DNA from: an uncultured Actinomycetes bacterium
Lineage (GTDB): Bacteria; Actinomycetota; UBA4738; HRBIN12
Direction: 5' to 3'
Assembly: GCA_963704725.1 (NCBI GenBank)
Contig: OY969934.1
Location: 1,088,001-1,152,000, forward strand
Length of the DNA stretch: 64,000 nucleotides
Shown here: positions 28,698 to 39,685 of the stretch, in pieces
Numbering within the stretch: the stretch's first letter is position 1
Layout: each line of letters begins with the position of its first letter
Translations under genes and position numbers: made by a program
The notes under the pieces: model-generated
Databases searched by the model: none
What the model was told of the DNA's origin: nothing
What the model saw: only the letters and a program-made list of their open reading frames with translations

Positions 28698-29942
28698 TCA
28701 CTTCGCGCCGGTGGAGAACCGGTAGATCGTCGTCGAGTTGTACGTGGAGCCGGGGCCGAGCACCGTGGTCGGGAAGCTCGGCTGGTTGGGCGAGTCCGGG
28801 TAGTGCTGGGTCTCGAGCGCGAACCCGTCGCTCTGACGGTAGGTGTGTCCGCCCGTCCCGACGAGGGTCCCGTTCAGGAAGTTGCCCGAGTAGAACTGGA
28901 TGCCGGGCTCGGTGGTGGAGATGTCGAGGATCCGGTGGCTGCTGGGCTCCCAGACGTGCGCCGCCAGGATGAGCGACGTGTCGTCGGGGCTGGGCCGGTC
29001 CAGGACGAAGTTGTGGTCGTAGCCCTGCCCGATCAGGAGCTGCGGGTCGGCGTCGCGGATGCGCGCGCCGATCGGCATCGGCTCCGTGAAGTCGAACGGC
29101 GTCCCCGCCACCGGATCGATGGAGCCCGTCGGGATGAGCGTCGGGTCGACCGGCGTGTACGACGGGGCGTTCAGCGTGAGGACGTGGTCGTAGATCGTCC
29201 CGGTGCCCTCACCCTTCAGGTTCCAGTAGGCGTGGTTCGTGAGGTTGACGATCGTCGACAGGTCGGTCGACTCGTTCGTTGCGGCGTAGTCGATCCGGAG
29301 CTCGTTGGCGTTCGTGAGGGTGTAGGTCACGTCGACGGAGAGCTCCGCCGGGTACCCCTCCTCGCCGTCGGGGCTCGTGTAGTGGAGCATCAGCCCGACG
29401 CTGGTGGCGGTGGCCGGGACGACCGTGGCCTCCCACACCTTGTTGTCGAACCCGTCGATCCCTCCATGCAGCGAGTTGGGAGGGTTGTTGATCGGGAGCT
29501 GGTATGTCGTGCCGTTCAGCGTGAACTGACCGTTCGCGATCCGGTTCCCGTAGCGCCCGATGATCGGGCCGAAGTAGGGGCCACCGGCCGGGAAGGGGCT
29601 GTTCAGGTTGACGTAGTCGTCGAGCGTGGCGAACCCGAGCGTGACGTTGGCGAGGCGCCCGCTCTTGTCCGGCACCTGGAGGGACTGGATGATCCCGCCG
29701 TACGTGAGGATCCTGACCTCCATGCGGTTGGCGTTCGCCATCGTGAAGATGTCGACGTCCTGCCCGTCGACGGAGCCGAAGGGCGCCTGCGTGATCGTGG
29801 GCGGCGCCTTGGCTCTGGCGAGGGCGCTCGGTTGGGCCGCGGTGGACACGCCGACGGATCCGAGCATGGTCACGCCGGCGGCGAGGGTGATCGCGCCGGC
29901 GAGCGCCACGGCTCGGCCGCGGAGCCGGGAGAAGCTGTGCAT
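28698..29942 (-). CDS. galM: Aldose 1-epimerase (mutarotase) with N-terminal signal peptide
   Basis: IGRYGNRIANG, SLHGG, GEEGYP, NLTNHAYWNL, GYDHNF, FALETQHYPD. Confidence 0.92.
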   Translation of the reverse strand: MHSFSRLRGRAVALAGAITLAAGVTMLGSVGVSTAAQPSALARAKAPPTITQAPFGSVDGQDVDIFTMANANRMEVRILTYGGIIQSLQVPDKSGRLANVTLGFATLDDYVNLNSPFPAGGPYFGPIIGRYGNRIANGQFTLNGTTYQLPINNPPNSLHGGIDGFDNKVWEATVVPATATSVGLMLHYTSPDGEEGYPAELSVDVTYTLTNANELRIDYAATNESTDLSTIVNLTNHAYWNLKGEGTGTIYDHVLTLNAPSYTPVDPTLIPTGSIDPVAGTPFDFTEPMPIGARIRDADPQLLIGQGYDHNFVLDRPSPDDTSLILAAHVWEPSSHRILDISTTEPGIQFYSGNFLNGTLVGTGGHTYRQSDGFALETQHYPDSPNQPSFPTTVLGPGSTYNSTTIYRFSTGAK

Positions 29943-30092
29943 GGGCACCTCCCTGGGGTAGGTCGCGGGCAGTCTCGACGTCCTGGTGTCGCCGGGTCTC
30001 GCCGTGGGTGGAGGAGCCCTCGCTCCCGCCCGTTGGCGCGGTCGCTGGTTCATGCGTGCCTCATCAGGTCATGCCGCCAGGACGTCGCTGCT

Positions 30093-30179
30093 GAATACGT
30101 TTACCCAAGAACGTTGAGCCGAAAACGTTTGCGCACGCGGTGAGACCCGCGGCCGGGCGCGTGGCTGCGAACGTATGCA
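30093..30179. promoter_or_regulatory. Three LacI-type operator candidates between galM and the LacI gene
   Basis: GAATACGTTTAC (30093), GAAAACGTTTGC (30121), TGCGAACGTATGCA (30166); central CG palindromes. Confidence 0.65.
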
Positions 30180-30223
30180 GTACATGGTATGCTGCCATCG
30201 GCGCACGGGAGGTGGGCTCGCCG

Positions 30224-31318
30224 TTGGCTGACGCGACTCGTCCAGGCACCACCCCGAAGGGCTCGAGCGACAAGGACCCGAAGGCGCGCCGGGGCGGGCC
30301 CGTGACCATGCGGGACGTCGCTCGGGCAACGGGACTTTCGCAGAGCACCGTATCCCGCGTCCTCAACCGAACCCCTACGGTCGTGCCGATCGCCGAGGCG
30401 ACGCGGGAACGGGTGCTCGAGACGGCGAAGCAGCTCGGGTACCGGCCGAACCCACTCGCCCGGGGGCTCCGTGGTCAGAGCACGATGCTGCTCGGCGTCA
30501 TCGTCCGTGACATCACCGACCTGTTCTTCGCCGGAGCCGTCGACGCCGTCTCGGCCGAGGCCAGCCGGCGCGGCTACAACGTGGTGCTGGGCCACGCGCA
30601 CGCCCGGGCCGACGAGGCGATAGCGCTCTGGGGGGTCCTCGAGGCGCGCCACTGCGACGCGATCCTGCTGCTCGGGGACATGCGCGATCAGCCGCGGCTG
30701 ATCGAGGACCTCGCCGGCGCCCGCCTGCCAGTCGTCGCCCTGTGGCAGGGCTCGCGCCCGGCGGACATCGCCTCCGTGAGCGTGGACAACGCGAGCGGGA
30801 TGCGGAGCATGCTCGACCACCTCACCGGGCTCGGCCACCGCAGGATCGCGTTCCTCGGCGGGCGCCAGCTCGGCGACATCAAGGAGCGCGAGGAGGCGTA
30901 CCTCGAGTACCTGGCCGCGATGGACGAGCCCGTCCGCGACGGGTATGTCCAGCACGGACCGAACGACTTCGCCGGCGGCGTGGCGGCGCTGGGCCGCCTC
31001 GTCGAGCTCCCCGAACCCCCCACGGCGGTGGCCGCTTCGACGGACGTCCTCGCGATCGGGGCCCTGCACGGCGCCCACCAGCGGGGGCTGCGCGTCCCCG
31101 ACGATCTGTCGATCTCCGGGTTCGACGACATCCCCGTCGCGGCGTTCAGCGTCCCGTCGCTGACGACGATGGCCATGCCGGTTCGCGAGATGGTCGAACG
31201 CGCCGTGGGGATGGTGCTCGACGACGGAGGGCTCGACGTTCGCAAGCCGCCGCCGGTGCTCCAGCCGTCGCTCGTCGTGCGGTCCTCGACGGCCCGGGCG
31301 CCCGGGCGCATCGACTGA
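30224..31318 (+). CDS. LacI family transcriptional regulator
   Basis: TMRDVARATGLSQSTVSRVLN, LGYRPNPLARGL, VPDDLSISGFDD; start TTG 30224 (SD GGAGGT) or ATG 30308. Confidence 0.95.
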   Translation: MADATRPGTTPKGSSDKDPKARRGGPVTMRDVARATGLSQSTVSRVLNRTPTVVPIAEATRERVLETAKQLGYRPNPLARGLRGQSTMLLGVIVRDITDLFFAGAVDAVSAEASRRGYNVVLGHAHARADEAIALWGVLEARHCDAILLLGDMRDQPRLIEDLAGARLPVVALWQGSRPADIASVSVDNASGMRSMLDHLTGLGHRRIAFLGGRQLGDIKEREEAYLEYLAAMDEPVRDGYVQHGPNDFAGGVAALGRLVELPEPPTAVAASTDVLAIGALHGAHQRGLRVPDDLSISGFDDIPVAAFSVPSLTTMAMPVREMVERAVGMVLDDGGLDVRKPPPVLQPSLVVRSSTARAPGRID

Positions 31319-31360
31319 TCGGCGTCACGCCGACGCACATCGGAAGGGAGGCAGGTCCAC

Positions 31361-33055
31361 ATGTCGAACAAGTACGCGGTGGGGGTCGACTTCGGCACCG
31401 AGTCGGGGCGCGCCGTCCTGGTGGACGTCTCCACGGGCGAGGAGCTGGCGACGGCGGTGTACGCATACGCGAACGGCGTCATCGACGAGCACCTGCCGGC
31501 CCCCGACGACGACGTCCGCCTCGAGCCCGACTGGGCGCTGCAGGACCCGGAGGACTACCTCGACACGTTCCGGTTCACGGTGCCGTCGGTCCTGGCGACG
31601 TCGGGCATCGACCCGGCGGACGTGGTGGGGATCGGCATCGACTTCACCGCGTGCACGATGCTCCCGACGACCGCCGACGGAACGCCGCTGTGCGCGCTCC
31701 CCGAGCACCGCCGGCGCCCGCACGCGTGGGTGAAGCTATGGAAGCACCATGCGGCGCAGCCGGAGGCGGATCGCATCAACGCGATCGCCCGTGAGCGGGC
31801 CGAGGGCTGGCTGCCGCGGTACGGGGGGAAGATCTCCTCGGAGTGGTTCTACTCCAAGGCGCTGCAGATCCTGGACGAGGCGCCCGACCTCTACGGAGCC
31901 GCGGACCGGCTCATCGAGGCCGCCGACTGGGTGGTCTGGCGGCTGACCGGCGTCGAGACCCGAAACAGCTGCACCGCAGGCTACAAGGCCATCTGGTCCA
32001 AGGAGGAGGGCTTCCCGGGCTCCGACTACTTCGCCGGCCTCGACCCGGGGTTCGCCAAGGTGGTCGACGAGAAGATGTCGCGGGACGTGAGACCGATCGG
32101 GGAGCGCGCCGGCGGTCTGACGGAGGAGGCCGCGGCGTGGACGGGGCTGCTGCCGGGAACGGCCGTCGCCGTCGCCAACGTCGACGCGCACGTCTCGGTG
32201 CCGGCGGCCACCGTGACGACGCCCGGCCGGATGGTCGCCATCATGGGCACGAGCATCTGCCACCTGGTCCTCGGCGATCGCGCGGCGACCGTCGAGGGCA
32301 TGTGCGGCGTCGTCGAGGACGGCGTGATCCCCGGGCTGTTCGGGTTCGAGGCCGGCCAGTCCGGCGTGGGCGACATCTTCGCGTGGTTCGTCGACAACGC
32401 GGTGCCCCCCGAGTACCACGCGATCGCCGCGGCCGAGGACGTCGACGTGCACACCGTCCTGGAGCGCGAGGCCGCCGCGCTGCGCCCGGGGGAGTCCGGG
32501 CTGCTCGCGCTGGACTGGTGGAACGGGAACCGGTCCGTCCTGGTCGACGTGGACCTCACCGGGCTCCTCGTCGGCGCGACGCTCTCGACGACGGCGCCGG
32601 AGATCTACCGGGCGCTGATCGAAGCGACCGCGTTCGGCACGCGGGTCATCGTGGACTCCTTCGAGGCGGCGGGCGTGCGGGTCGAGGAGATCGTGGCGTG
32701 CGGGGGGCTCCCGGACCGCAACCGGCTCCTGATGCAGATCTACGCGGACGTGACCGGCCGCGAGTTCCGCATCGCGGCGTCGAGCCAGACGCCCGCGCTC
32801 GGCTCCGCGATGTTCGGCGCGGTCGCGGCCGGCGCCGCGGCGGGCGGGTACGACAGCATCGTCGACGCGGCGGCCGCGATGGCCCGGCTGCGGGACGAGC
32901 GCTACGTGCCGAACCCCGAGCATCGCGCCACGTACGACGAGCTGTTCGCGGAGTACGTCGCGCTGCACGACTACTTCGGGCGAGCTCCGGACGGCGTGAT
33001 GAAGACGCTGAAGGCGATCCGCGCTCGCGAGCGCGTGCGGACGGCTCCCGCCTAG
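31361..33055 (+). CDS. araB: Ribulokinase
   Basis: [44 protein letters not shown]. Confidence 0.95.
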   Translation: MSNKYAVGVDFGTESGRAVLVDVSTGEELATAVYAYANGVIDEHLPAPDDDVRLEPDWALQDPEDYLDTFRFTVPSVLATSGIDPADVVGIGIDFTACTMLPTTADGTPLCALPEHRRRPHAWVKLWKHHAAQPEADRINAIARERAEGWLPRYGGKISSEWFYSKALQILDEAPDLYGAADRLIEAADWVVWRLTGVETRNSCTAGYKAIWSKEEGFPGSDYFAGLDPGFAKVVDEKMSRDVRPIGERAGGLTEEAAAWTGLLPGTAVAVANVDAHVSVPAATVTTPGRMVAIMGTSICHLVLGDRAATVEGMCGVVEDGVIPGLFGFEAGQSGVGDIFAWFVDNAVPPEYHAIAAAEDVDVHTVLEREAAALRPGESGLLALDWWNGNRSVLVDVDLTGLLVGATLSTTAPEIYRALIEATAFGTRVIVDSFEAAGVRVEEIVACGGLPDRNRLLMQIYADVTGREFRIAASSQTPALGSAMFGAVAAGAAAGGYDSIVDAAAAMARLRDERYVPNPEHRATYDELFAEYVALHDYFGRAPDGVMKTLKAIRARERVRTAPA

Positions 33056-33062
33056 CGCCCGG

Positions 33063-34565
33063 TCAGAGCCCGCCGGCCAGGTGGTGGTACGCCTGGGTCC
33101 AGCGGAGCTCGTTGCGGAAACGGCTCGCCACGGTCTCGGCGGTGATCGTGGCGAGCTCGACCCCCGCGATCTCGGCCAGGTCGTCCAGGGCCTGGAGGCC
33201 GAGGGCCTGCGTGAAGCACGTGTGGTGCGGTCCGCCGGCCGTGAGCCACGCCTCCGCCGCGGTCGGAAGATCGGGCCGGGGCTCCCACACCGCCCGCGCC
33301 ACCGGGAGCCGAGGCAGGTCCGCCTCCGGCTCGACCACGTCGATCTCGTTGGCCACCAGCCGCAGCCTCGTGCCGAGGTCGACGAGCCCCACCACGAACC
33401 CGGGGCCCGGCGGAGCGGTGAACACCAGCCGGACGGGATCCTCGCGCCCGCCGATCGCCAGGGGGTGGATCTCGCACGTCGGCAGGCCGGCCGCGATGCT
33501 CGGGCAGACCTCGAGCATGTGGGCGCCGAGGACCTGCGGCGACTCGGCCCCGAGGTTGTACGTGTAGTCCTCCATGAACGAGGTCCCGCCGTCCAGGCCG
33601 GCGCTCATCACCTTCACGATCCGAACCAGGATGGCGGTCTTCCAGTCGCCCTCGGCGCCGAAGCCGTAGCCGTCGGCCATGAGGCGCTGCACGGCGATGC
33701 CGGGGAGCTGCCGGAGCCCGGCCAGGTCCTCGAACGTGTCGGTGAACGCGTTCGCCCCGACGTCCTCGAGGAACGCGCGCAGGGCCAGCTCGATCCGCGC
33801 GGCGTCCCGGAGCGACTCGTGCCGCTCCTCGCCCCGGCGGAGCTCGGGGACCACGTCGTACTCGTCCTCGTAGACCTTGGCCAGGAGCTCGACCTCGGCG
33901 TCCTCGACCTGGGCGACGCGCTCGACCAGCTCGCCGACGCCGTACCCGTTCACCGAGACGCCCAGCCGGATCTGGGTCTCCACCTTGTCGCCCTCGGTCA
34001 CCGCCACGTTCCGCATGTTGTCGCCGAGCCGCGCGACGCGAAGCCGCTGCGCCTCGGCCCATCCCATCGCCGCGCGGGTCCAGGTTCCGACGCGCCGCTG
34101 CACTCCTGGGTCCTCCCAGTGCCCGACGACCGTCTTGCGGCGGTGTCCCATGCGGGTGGCGAGGTAGCCGAACTCACGGTCGCCGTGGGCGGACTGGTTC
34201 AGGTTCATGAAGTCCATGTCGATCTCGGCCCATGGGAGATCGCGGTTGTGCTGCGTGTGCAGGTGCAGGAGGGGCTTGCCCAGCGAGCCCAGGCCGGCGA
34301 TCCACATCTTCGCCGGCGAGAACGTGTGCATCCACGCGATCACCCCGATGCACCGAGGGTCCGCGTTCGCCTCCAGACACAGGCTGCGGATCGCGTCCGC
34401 CGTCTTCAGCACGGGCTTGGGGACGACGGCGACCGGGATGGCCGTCGACGCAGAGAGCCCCGCCACGATCCTGGAGGACTGCTCCTCGACGCGGCGGAGC
34501 GTCTCGTCGCCGTACAGATCCTGGCTGCCGGTGACGAACCAGACCTCGAGCGCGTCGCGATCCAT
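33063..34565 (-). CDS. araA: L-arabinose isomerase
   Basis: [55 protein letters not shown]. Confidence 0.97.
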   Translation of the reverse strand: MDRDALEVWFVTGSQDLYGDETLRRVEEQSSRIVAGLSASTAIPVAVVPKPVLKTADAIRSLCLEANADPRCIGVIAWMHTFSPAKMWIAGLGSLGKPLLHLHTQHNRDLPWAEIDMDFMNLNQSAHGDREFGYLATRMGHRRKTVVGHWEDPGVQRRVGTWTRAAMGWAEAQRLRVARLGDNMRNVAVTEGDKVETQIRLGVSVNGYGVGELVERVAQVEDAEVELLAKVYEDEYDVVPELRRGEERHESLRDAARIELALRAFLEDVGANAFTDTFEDLAGLRQLPGIAVQRLMADGYGFGAEGDWKTAILVRIVKVMSAGLDGGTSFMEDYTYNLGAESPQVLGAHMLEVCPSIAAGLPTCEIHPLAIGGREDPVRLVFTAPPGPGFVVGLVDLGTRLRLVANEIDVVEPEADLPRLPVARAVWEPRPDLPTAAEAWLTAGGPHHTCFTQALGLQALDDLAEIAGVELATITAETVASRFRNELRWTQAYHHLAGGL

Positions 34566-34614
34566 GGCTAGCCCACCTCCGGGGAGTGTCGGTTCGAGTC
34601 CGCGCGCACCGGGA

Positions 34615-35628
34615 TCAGCGCTCGAACCGGCGCTGCAGGACGACGTGGATCGTGACGGCGCCGACGATGATCCCGCCGTAGATCACGTCCGTCCAGTACG
34701 CCGCGACGCCCATCGCCACGAGCCCGGCCTGGATCGCGCCGATCATGAACGCCCCGATGAACGTTCCCCAGACCGTCCCTCGACCTCCGAACACCGACGT
34801 GCCGCCCACGAAGACCGCCGCCAGGGCGGGCAGGAGGTACGCGCTCCCCACGCCCGGGTAGAAGTTCGAGACCTGAAGGCTCTGCATCACGCCGGCGAGG
34901 GCGGAGGCCATGCCGACGAGCACGAACATCCGGACCCGGGTGCTCCGGATGGGGATCCCCATGAGCTGCGCCGCCGGACGGTTGTCCCCGATGACGTGGC
35001 CGTTCTGGCCGAGGCGATGCCGGAACAGCAACACCCACGTCCCGATCGCGATCAGCACCAGCCAAACGAACTGCATCGGGACGCCGAGGAGCCGTCCGTC
35101 GAGGATCCTGTACGCCGTCGAGTCCCGCGCATCGACCAGCGCGTAGCTCTTGCCGCTGACGAGGGCGAGCGTCAGCCCCCGGTACAGGAACTGCGTTCCG
35201 ATCGTCGCCACCAGGGCCGGGATGCCGATCACGGTGACGACGAGCCCGTTCAGCAGGCCGGCGATCGCGCCGACCGAGAGGGCGGTCAGGACCGCCAGCT
35301 CGGCGCTCCCCGTCGTCCGCTCGACGGCGACGAACCCGACCATGCCGAGCCCGTAGATCGAGATGAACGAGAGGTCGATGTCGCCGCTCACGATGACCAT
35401 CGTGAGCAGGAGCGCGGGGAGCGCGAAGTACGGTGTCGTCTGCGCGAACGAAACGTAGATGCGGTTGTCCAGGAACGTATTCGGGGCCAGGACGATGAAC
35501 GCCGCCCACAGGAGGAAGAAGGCGACGGTGATGCCGATCTGCGAGGCATACGCTGTGGCGAACGATCGGACCGTCCAGCGCCGCTGGTATCCGGCCGCCT
35601 CCTCGACGTTCTCCACCGCCGCCGTCAC
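34615..35628 (-). CDS. Sugar ABC transporter permease
   Basis: Multi-TM; [43 protein letters not shown]. Confidence 0.93.
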   Translation of the reverse strand: MTAAVENVEEAAGYQRRWTVRSFATAYASQIGITVAFFLLWAAFIVLAPNTFLDNRIYVSFAQTTPYFALPALLLTMVIVSGDIDLSFISIYGLGMVGFVAVERTTGSAELAVLTALSVGAIAGLLNGLVVTVIGIPALVATIGTQFLYRGLTLALVSGKSYALVDARDSTAYRILDGRLLGVPMQFVWLVLIAIGTWVLLFRHRLGQNGHVIGDNRPAAQLMGIPIRSTRVRMFVLVGMASALAGVMQSLQVSNFYPGVGSAYLLPALAAVFVGGTSVFGGRGTVWGTFIGAFMIGAIQAGLVAMGVAAYWTDVIYGGIIVGAVTIHVVLQRRFER

Positions 35629-36461
35629 GACGCTCCTTCCACCTCGCCTGTTCGATCCTCGTCGCCGCCGGGCCGACGCCGCTCGGGCTCGGCGAAGCTC
35701 CCCGTGGCGGCCACGGCGCGCATGATCTCGGTGACCTCCTCGAGCGTGTATCGCGACGTCGGGAAGTCGGCGGCGACCTTGCCACGATCGAGCACCACGA
35801 TCCGATCGGCCACGGAGTAGACGTGGAAGATGTTGTGGTCGATGAAGATGGCCGACTTGCCCGCCGTCTTGATGCCCTTGACGAAGTGCAGGAGCTTGTC
35901 GGTCTCCTTCAGCGAGAGCCCCATCGTCGGCTCGTCGAGGATGATGATGTCGGCCTCGAAGTGCAGGGCCCGGACGATCGCCAGACCCTGACGTTCGCCG
36001 CCGGACAACCCGGTGACGTGGGTGTCGGGCGTCAGCACGGCCGACGTGAACCCCATCGACTCGCCCATCAGCTCGGCCGTGATCCGACGCATCCTGCGCA
36101 CGTCGAGGAAGCCCAGCCCGCGGCTGATGGGCCGACCCATGAAGATGTTGCGCCACAGCGAGAGCTGCTCGGCCAGGGCCCGCTCCTGGTACACGGTCTC
36201 GACGCCCAGGCCCCGGGCCCGTTCGACCGTGAGCCCCCGGACCTCCTGCCCGCCGAACAGGATCTGCCCGCTGTCCGGCTGGTGCACACCCGTGACGATC
36301 TTGATCACGGTGGACTTGCCGGCCCCGTTGTCCCCGACGACCCCGAGCACCTCGCCGGCGGACAGCGCGAAGCTCACGTCCTTGAGGACCCGGACGCCGC
36401 CGAACGACTTGTGGATGTGGCGGAGCTCGACGGCCACCCGTCCATCCGCGCTGCCCGTCAC
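35625..36461 (-). CDS. Sugar ABC transporter ATP-binding protein (single domain)
   Basis: GDNGAGKS, LSGGERQ, ILDEPT; start GTG 36461 or coupled ATG 36569. Confidence 0.93.
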   Translation of the reverse strand: MTGSADGRVAVELRHIHKSFGGVRVLKDVSFALSAGEVLGVVGDNGAGKSTVIKIVTGVHQPDSGQILFGGQEVRGLTVERARGLGVETVYQERALAEQLSLWRNIFMGRPISRGLGFLDVRRMRRITAELMGESMGFTSAVLTPDTHVTGLSGGERQGLAIVRALHFEADIIILDEPTMGLSLKETDKLLHFVKGIKTAGKSAIFIDHNIFHVYSVADRIVVLDRGKVAADFPTSRYTLEEVTEIMRAVAATGSFAEPERRRPGGDEDRTGEVEGAS

Positions 36462-36568
36462 CTGTGCCTCACCGGGCGGCAGTGTCGCACGCGCCGTGGT
36501 GAGCCGAGGCCGGCGAGCGCTCAGCTCGCCGGCCTCAGAACCGCTCACCTCGGCGTCACCGCCCTCCA

Positions 36569-37624
36569 TCAGCGGATCTGCTGCTCCACCAGGGGGGCGA
36601 TCTGATCGATGTTCGAGGCGTCGACGAAGCCGCCGCCCGTGTTCACGAACAGGCCGCTGAACCCGTAGTTGTGCGTCAGGCACAGCTGCTCGACCGCCAG
36701 GAACCCCTGGAGGTACTGCTGCTGGTCGATCACCAGGTCGACGAACCCGTCCTGCACGCCCTTCACGGTCGCCGGCGAGAGGTCGAACCCCGCCGCGTAC
36801 AGGTCGTCGGGCCCCAGGTTCGCCGACTCCATGTAGGTCGGGATCGTCGAGGTCAGGTTGCCGTGGTCGATGAAGATGGCCTTGGTGTCCGGGTTGGCGG
36901 ACATGTAGCCGGTGAAGGTCGAGACCCCCGCCGCCGGGTCGGCGTTCGTGGCGTCGTCGATCTCCTGGTACTGGACGTCCATGCCGGCCTCATCGAGGCC
37001 GTCGATGATGCCCTGCGTCCGCTCCCCGCGGCCGGGCTGTGCCACCAGACCCCACACGAAGACCTTGTCGCCGGACTGCAGCCCGCCCCGATTGATGGCC
37101 TCCTGTGCAAGGGCGAACCCGGCGTCGTGCAGCACCGCGCCGACGTAGCCGGTGCCGTCGGCGGCGTACTTCGCCTCCGCCGTCGGCAGCTCGGTGTTCA
37201 TGACCGTCACCAGGATCCCCTGGCTCCTGGCGTCGTCGATCAGCGGGTCGAAGGCGTCGTCACCGGGGTGCCCCATGATGGCGATGCCGTCCGGGCTCGT
37301 CGCCATGGCCTCCGAGAACTGCTGGGTCATCTTCTGGGGGTCCCAGTCGGACCACGTGTAGGTCACGTTCGGGCCGAAGGCCTCCTGGGCCGCCTTCGCC
37401 CCGTTGTAGACGACGGTCTCGAAGCCGCCGCCCTCCGTGCCGCCCGGGAAGAAGACGATGTTCATGTCCTTGCAGAACTGCCCCGCGCTCGATGCGGCGT
37501 TGTCGGACGAGTTGGACCCGCCACCGTCGTCGCTGGTGCATGCCGCGAGCGCGAGCGCGAACGCCGCCAGCAGCGCGAGGATCCGCCAGGACCCCCGTGC
37601 GTGGCGCGGCCGGGCTCTACTCAT
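36569..37624 (-). CDS. Sugar ABC transporter substrate-binding lipoprotein
   Basis: Lipobox LAAC; Peripla_BP_4-like 'PDGIAIMG', 'AGFDLS', 'IDQQQYLQG'. Confidence 0.9.
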   Translation of the reverse strand: MSRARPRHARGSWRILALLAAFALALAACTSDDGGGSNSSDNAASSAGQFCKDMNIVFFPGGTEGGGFETVVYNGAKAAQEAFGPNVTYTWSDWDPQKMTQQFSEAMATSPDGIAIMGHPGDDAFDPLIDDARSQGILVTVMNTELPTAEAKYAADGTGYVGAVLHDAGFALAQEAINRGGLQSGDKVFVWGLVAQPGRGERTQGIIDGLDEAGMDVQYQEIDDATNADPAAGVSTFTGYMSANPDTKAIFIDHGNLTSTIPTYMESANLGPDDLYAAGFDLSPATVKGVQDGFVDLVIDQQQYLQGFLAVEQLCLTHNYGFSGLFVNTGGGFVDASNIDQIAPLVEQQIR

Positions 37625-37722
37625 CACGCGTCCTCCTTGCTCGAGAAGCTGCGGGCTCGGTGCCGTCACTGGGTTGAGCCGATACGCCTCCCCCCTTCGC
37701 GAGGACGCTTGCATTCGAGTGT

Positions 37723-37736
37723 ATGCAAACGTATTC
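37723..37736. promoter_or_regulatory. LacI-type operator between the ABC operon and araD
   Basis: ATGCAAACGTATTC; reverse complement GAATACGTTTGCAT matches the sites at 30093 and 30121. Confidence 0.65.
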
Positions 37737-37807
37737 TCGCATGTCAAGGCAGGTCGGTCCATCCTCTCGACACAGATCACGACGGGTCACGAGGAGGAGG
37801 TCAGCAG

Positions 37808-38526
37808 ATGCCCTCGCTCGAGCTTCGCGAACGGGTCGCACGGGCGAACCGGAGGCTGGTCTCCGAGGGGCTCGTCGCGCTGTCCTTCGGAAACGCGAGC
37901 GGGGTGGACCGGGCCGAGGGGGTCCTCGTCATCAAGCCGAGCGGGGTGGCGTGCGACGCGGTCGAGCCGGGCGACCTGGTGGTGGTCTCCCTCGAGAACG
38001 GAAGCGTCGTCGAGGGGTCGATGCGCCCGTCCTCCGACACCCCGACGCACCTCGTCCTGTACCGCCGCTTCGCCTCGATCGGGGGCGTGGTCCACACCCA
38101 CTCGCCCTTCGCGTCGGCGTGGGCGCAGGCCGGGAGGGCGATCCCCTGCTTCGGCACCACGCACGCCGATCATTTCCGCGGGCCGGTGCCCGTCACGCGC
38201 CCGTTGACCGCGAGTCCGAGATCGGCGGCGACTACGAGGGGGCGACGGGCGACGTGATCGTGGAGACGCTCCAGGGCCTGGGCCTCGACGCGGCGTCGAT
38301 GCCGGCCGCGCTCGTCGCGTCGCACGGTCCGTTCACGTGGGGAGCCGATCCCGTCGACGCGGCGACGAACGCCGTCGCGCTGGAGGCGGTGGCCGCCATG
38401 GCCTGGCGGACGCTGGCGCTCTCGCCGGGGGCGGAGCCGATCGGGGAGTCCCTGCTGGCACGGCACTTCGGCCGCAAGCACGGCCCGGACGCGTACTACG
38501 GCCAGCCGGGCGGCGACGGAGGCTGA
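37808..38526 (+). CDS. araD: L-ribulose-5-phosphate 4-epimerase, frameshift near 38210
   Basis: FGNAS, IKPSGV, PSSDTPTH, VVHTHS, GTTHADHF in one frame; 'EIGGDYE..ASHGPFTWG..RKHGPDAYYGQ' in another. Confidence 0.9.
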
Positions 38527-38529
38527 CGA

Positions 38530-39684
38530 TCAGGCGGCCGAGGCCGGTAGGGGCAGGGCCGAGGCGCCGTCGCTCGCGCGGCACGGATACGTCTCGCAGG
38601 TGAGCCCGGTAGCTCGCGCGTAGGCGCTCGCCACGGCGGGGCCGAACACTCCGACGGCCTCCCGGTCCACGAGCGCGACCGCGCACCCCGCGAAGCCTCC
38701 GCCCGTGAGCCGGGCCCCGAAGCACCCGGGGGCCGACCGGGCCGCCTCGACGATGGCGTCGAGGGCCTCGCTCGAGAGCTCGAAGTCGTCCCGCATGCTC
38801 CGGTGGCTGTCGCTCATCAGCGCGCCGACCGTCTCGGCGTCGCCGGCTCGCATCGCCTCGGCGGCGGCGAGGGTCCGGGCGTTCTCGGTGACGACGTGGC
38901 GGGCGCGCCGCGCCAACGGCTCGGGGAGGTCGGCGGCTCGCGAGCGCAGGTCCGGCTCGGTGACGTCGCGCAGGGAGCCCACGCCGAGCGCGAGCGCCGC
39001 GGCCTCGCACTCGCGGCGCCGGTCGTGGTACCCGGAGCTGCCGAGCTCGCGGCGCGTGCCGGTGTCGAGGACGACGATGCCGGCGCGATCCGGTATCGGA
39101 ACCCACTCCGGCTCGAGGGTCCGGCAGTCCAGCAGGATGGCGTGGCCCTGCCGGCCGCGTGCCGAGGCGAGCTGATCCATGAGCCCCGAGGCCACGCCGA
39201 CCCATCGATTCTCCGCCCGCTGGCACAGGCGCGCCATCGCCGTGGGCTCCCAGGGGAAGCCCGACGTCGTCGCGAACGCCTGGGCCGTCGCGAGCTCGAG
39301 CGCCGCGGACGAGGACAGGCCCGCTCCCACCGGGACGTCGCTCGCGATCGCGCCGTCCCAGCCGACGAGGCGGTGGCCGGCCTCGGACAGCGCCCAGGCC
39401 ACCCCCTGCAGGTACGCCCCCCACCCCTCCGCCCGGGGCTCGAAGCGGTCGAGCGCGATCGTGCGGCTCCCGAGCTCCTGCGACCGGACGTCGATCCGGG
39501 CCTCGGTGCGGGCCCGCAGGGCGATGCACAGGTCCCGGTCGATGGCGGCGGGCAGCACGAACCCCTCGTTGTAGTCCGTGTGCTCGCCGATCAGGTTGAC
39601 CCGACCCGGCGCGCGAAGGAGCGCGTGGGGCTCCGACCCGAACTCGGCTCGGAACAGCCGCACGGCCCGCGCGCTCGCCTCCAC
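38530..39684 (-). CDS. galK: Galactokinase
   Basis: APGRVNLIGEHTDYN, PVGAGLSSSAALE, GLMDQ, ARHVVTEN, GARLTGGGFAGC. Confidence 0.96.
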   Translation of the reverse strand: MEASARAVRLFRAEFGSEPHALLRAPGRVNLIGEHTDYNEGFVLPAAIDRDLCIALRARTEARIDVRSQELGSRTIALDRFEPRAEGWGAYLQGVAWALSEAGHRLVGWDGAIASDVPVGAGLSSSAALELATAQAFATTSGFPWEPTAMARLCQRAENRWVGVASGLMDQLASARGRQGHAILLDCRTLEPEWVPIPDRAGIVVLDTGTRRELGSSGYHDRRRECEAAALALGVGSLRDVTEPDLRSRAADLPEPLARRARHVVTENARTLAAAEAMRAGDAETVGALMSDSHRSMRDDFELSSEALDAIVEAARSAPGCFGARLTGGGFAGCAVALVDREAVGVFGPAVASAYARATGLTCETYPCRASDGASALPLPASAA

Positions 39685-39685
39685 G

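Noticed and set aside
38200-38225. Programmed frameshift in araD
   Set aside because: No slippery heptamer visible; similar indels elsewhere point to read error
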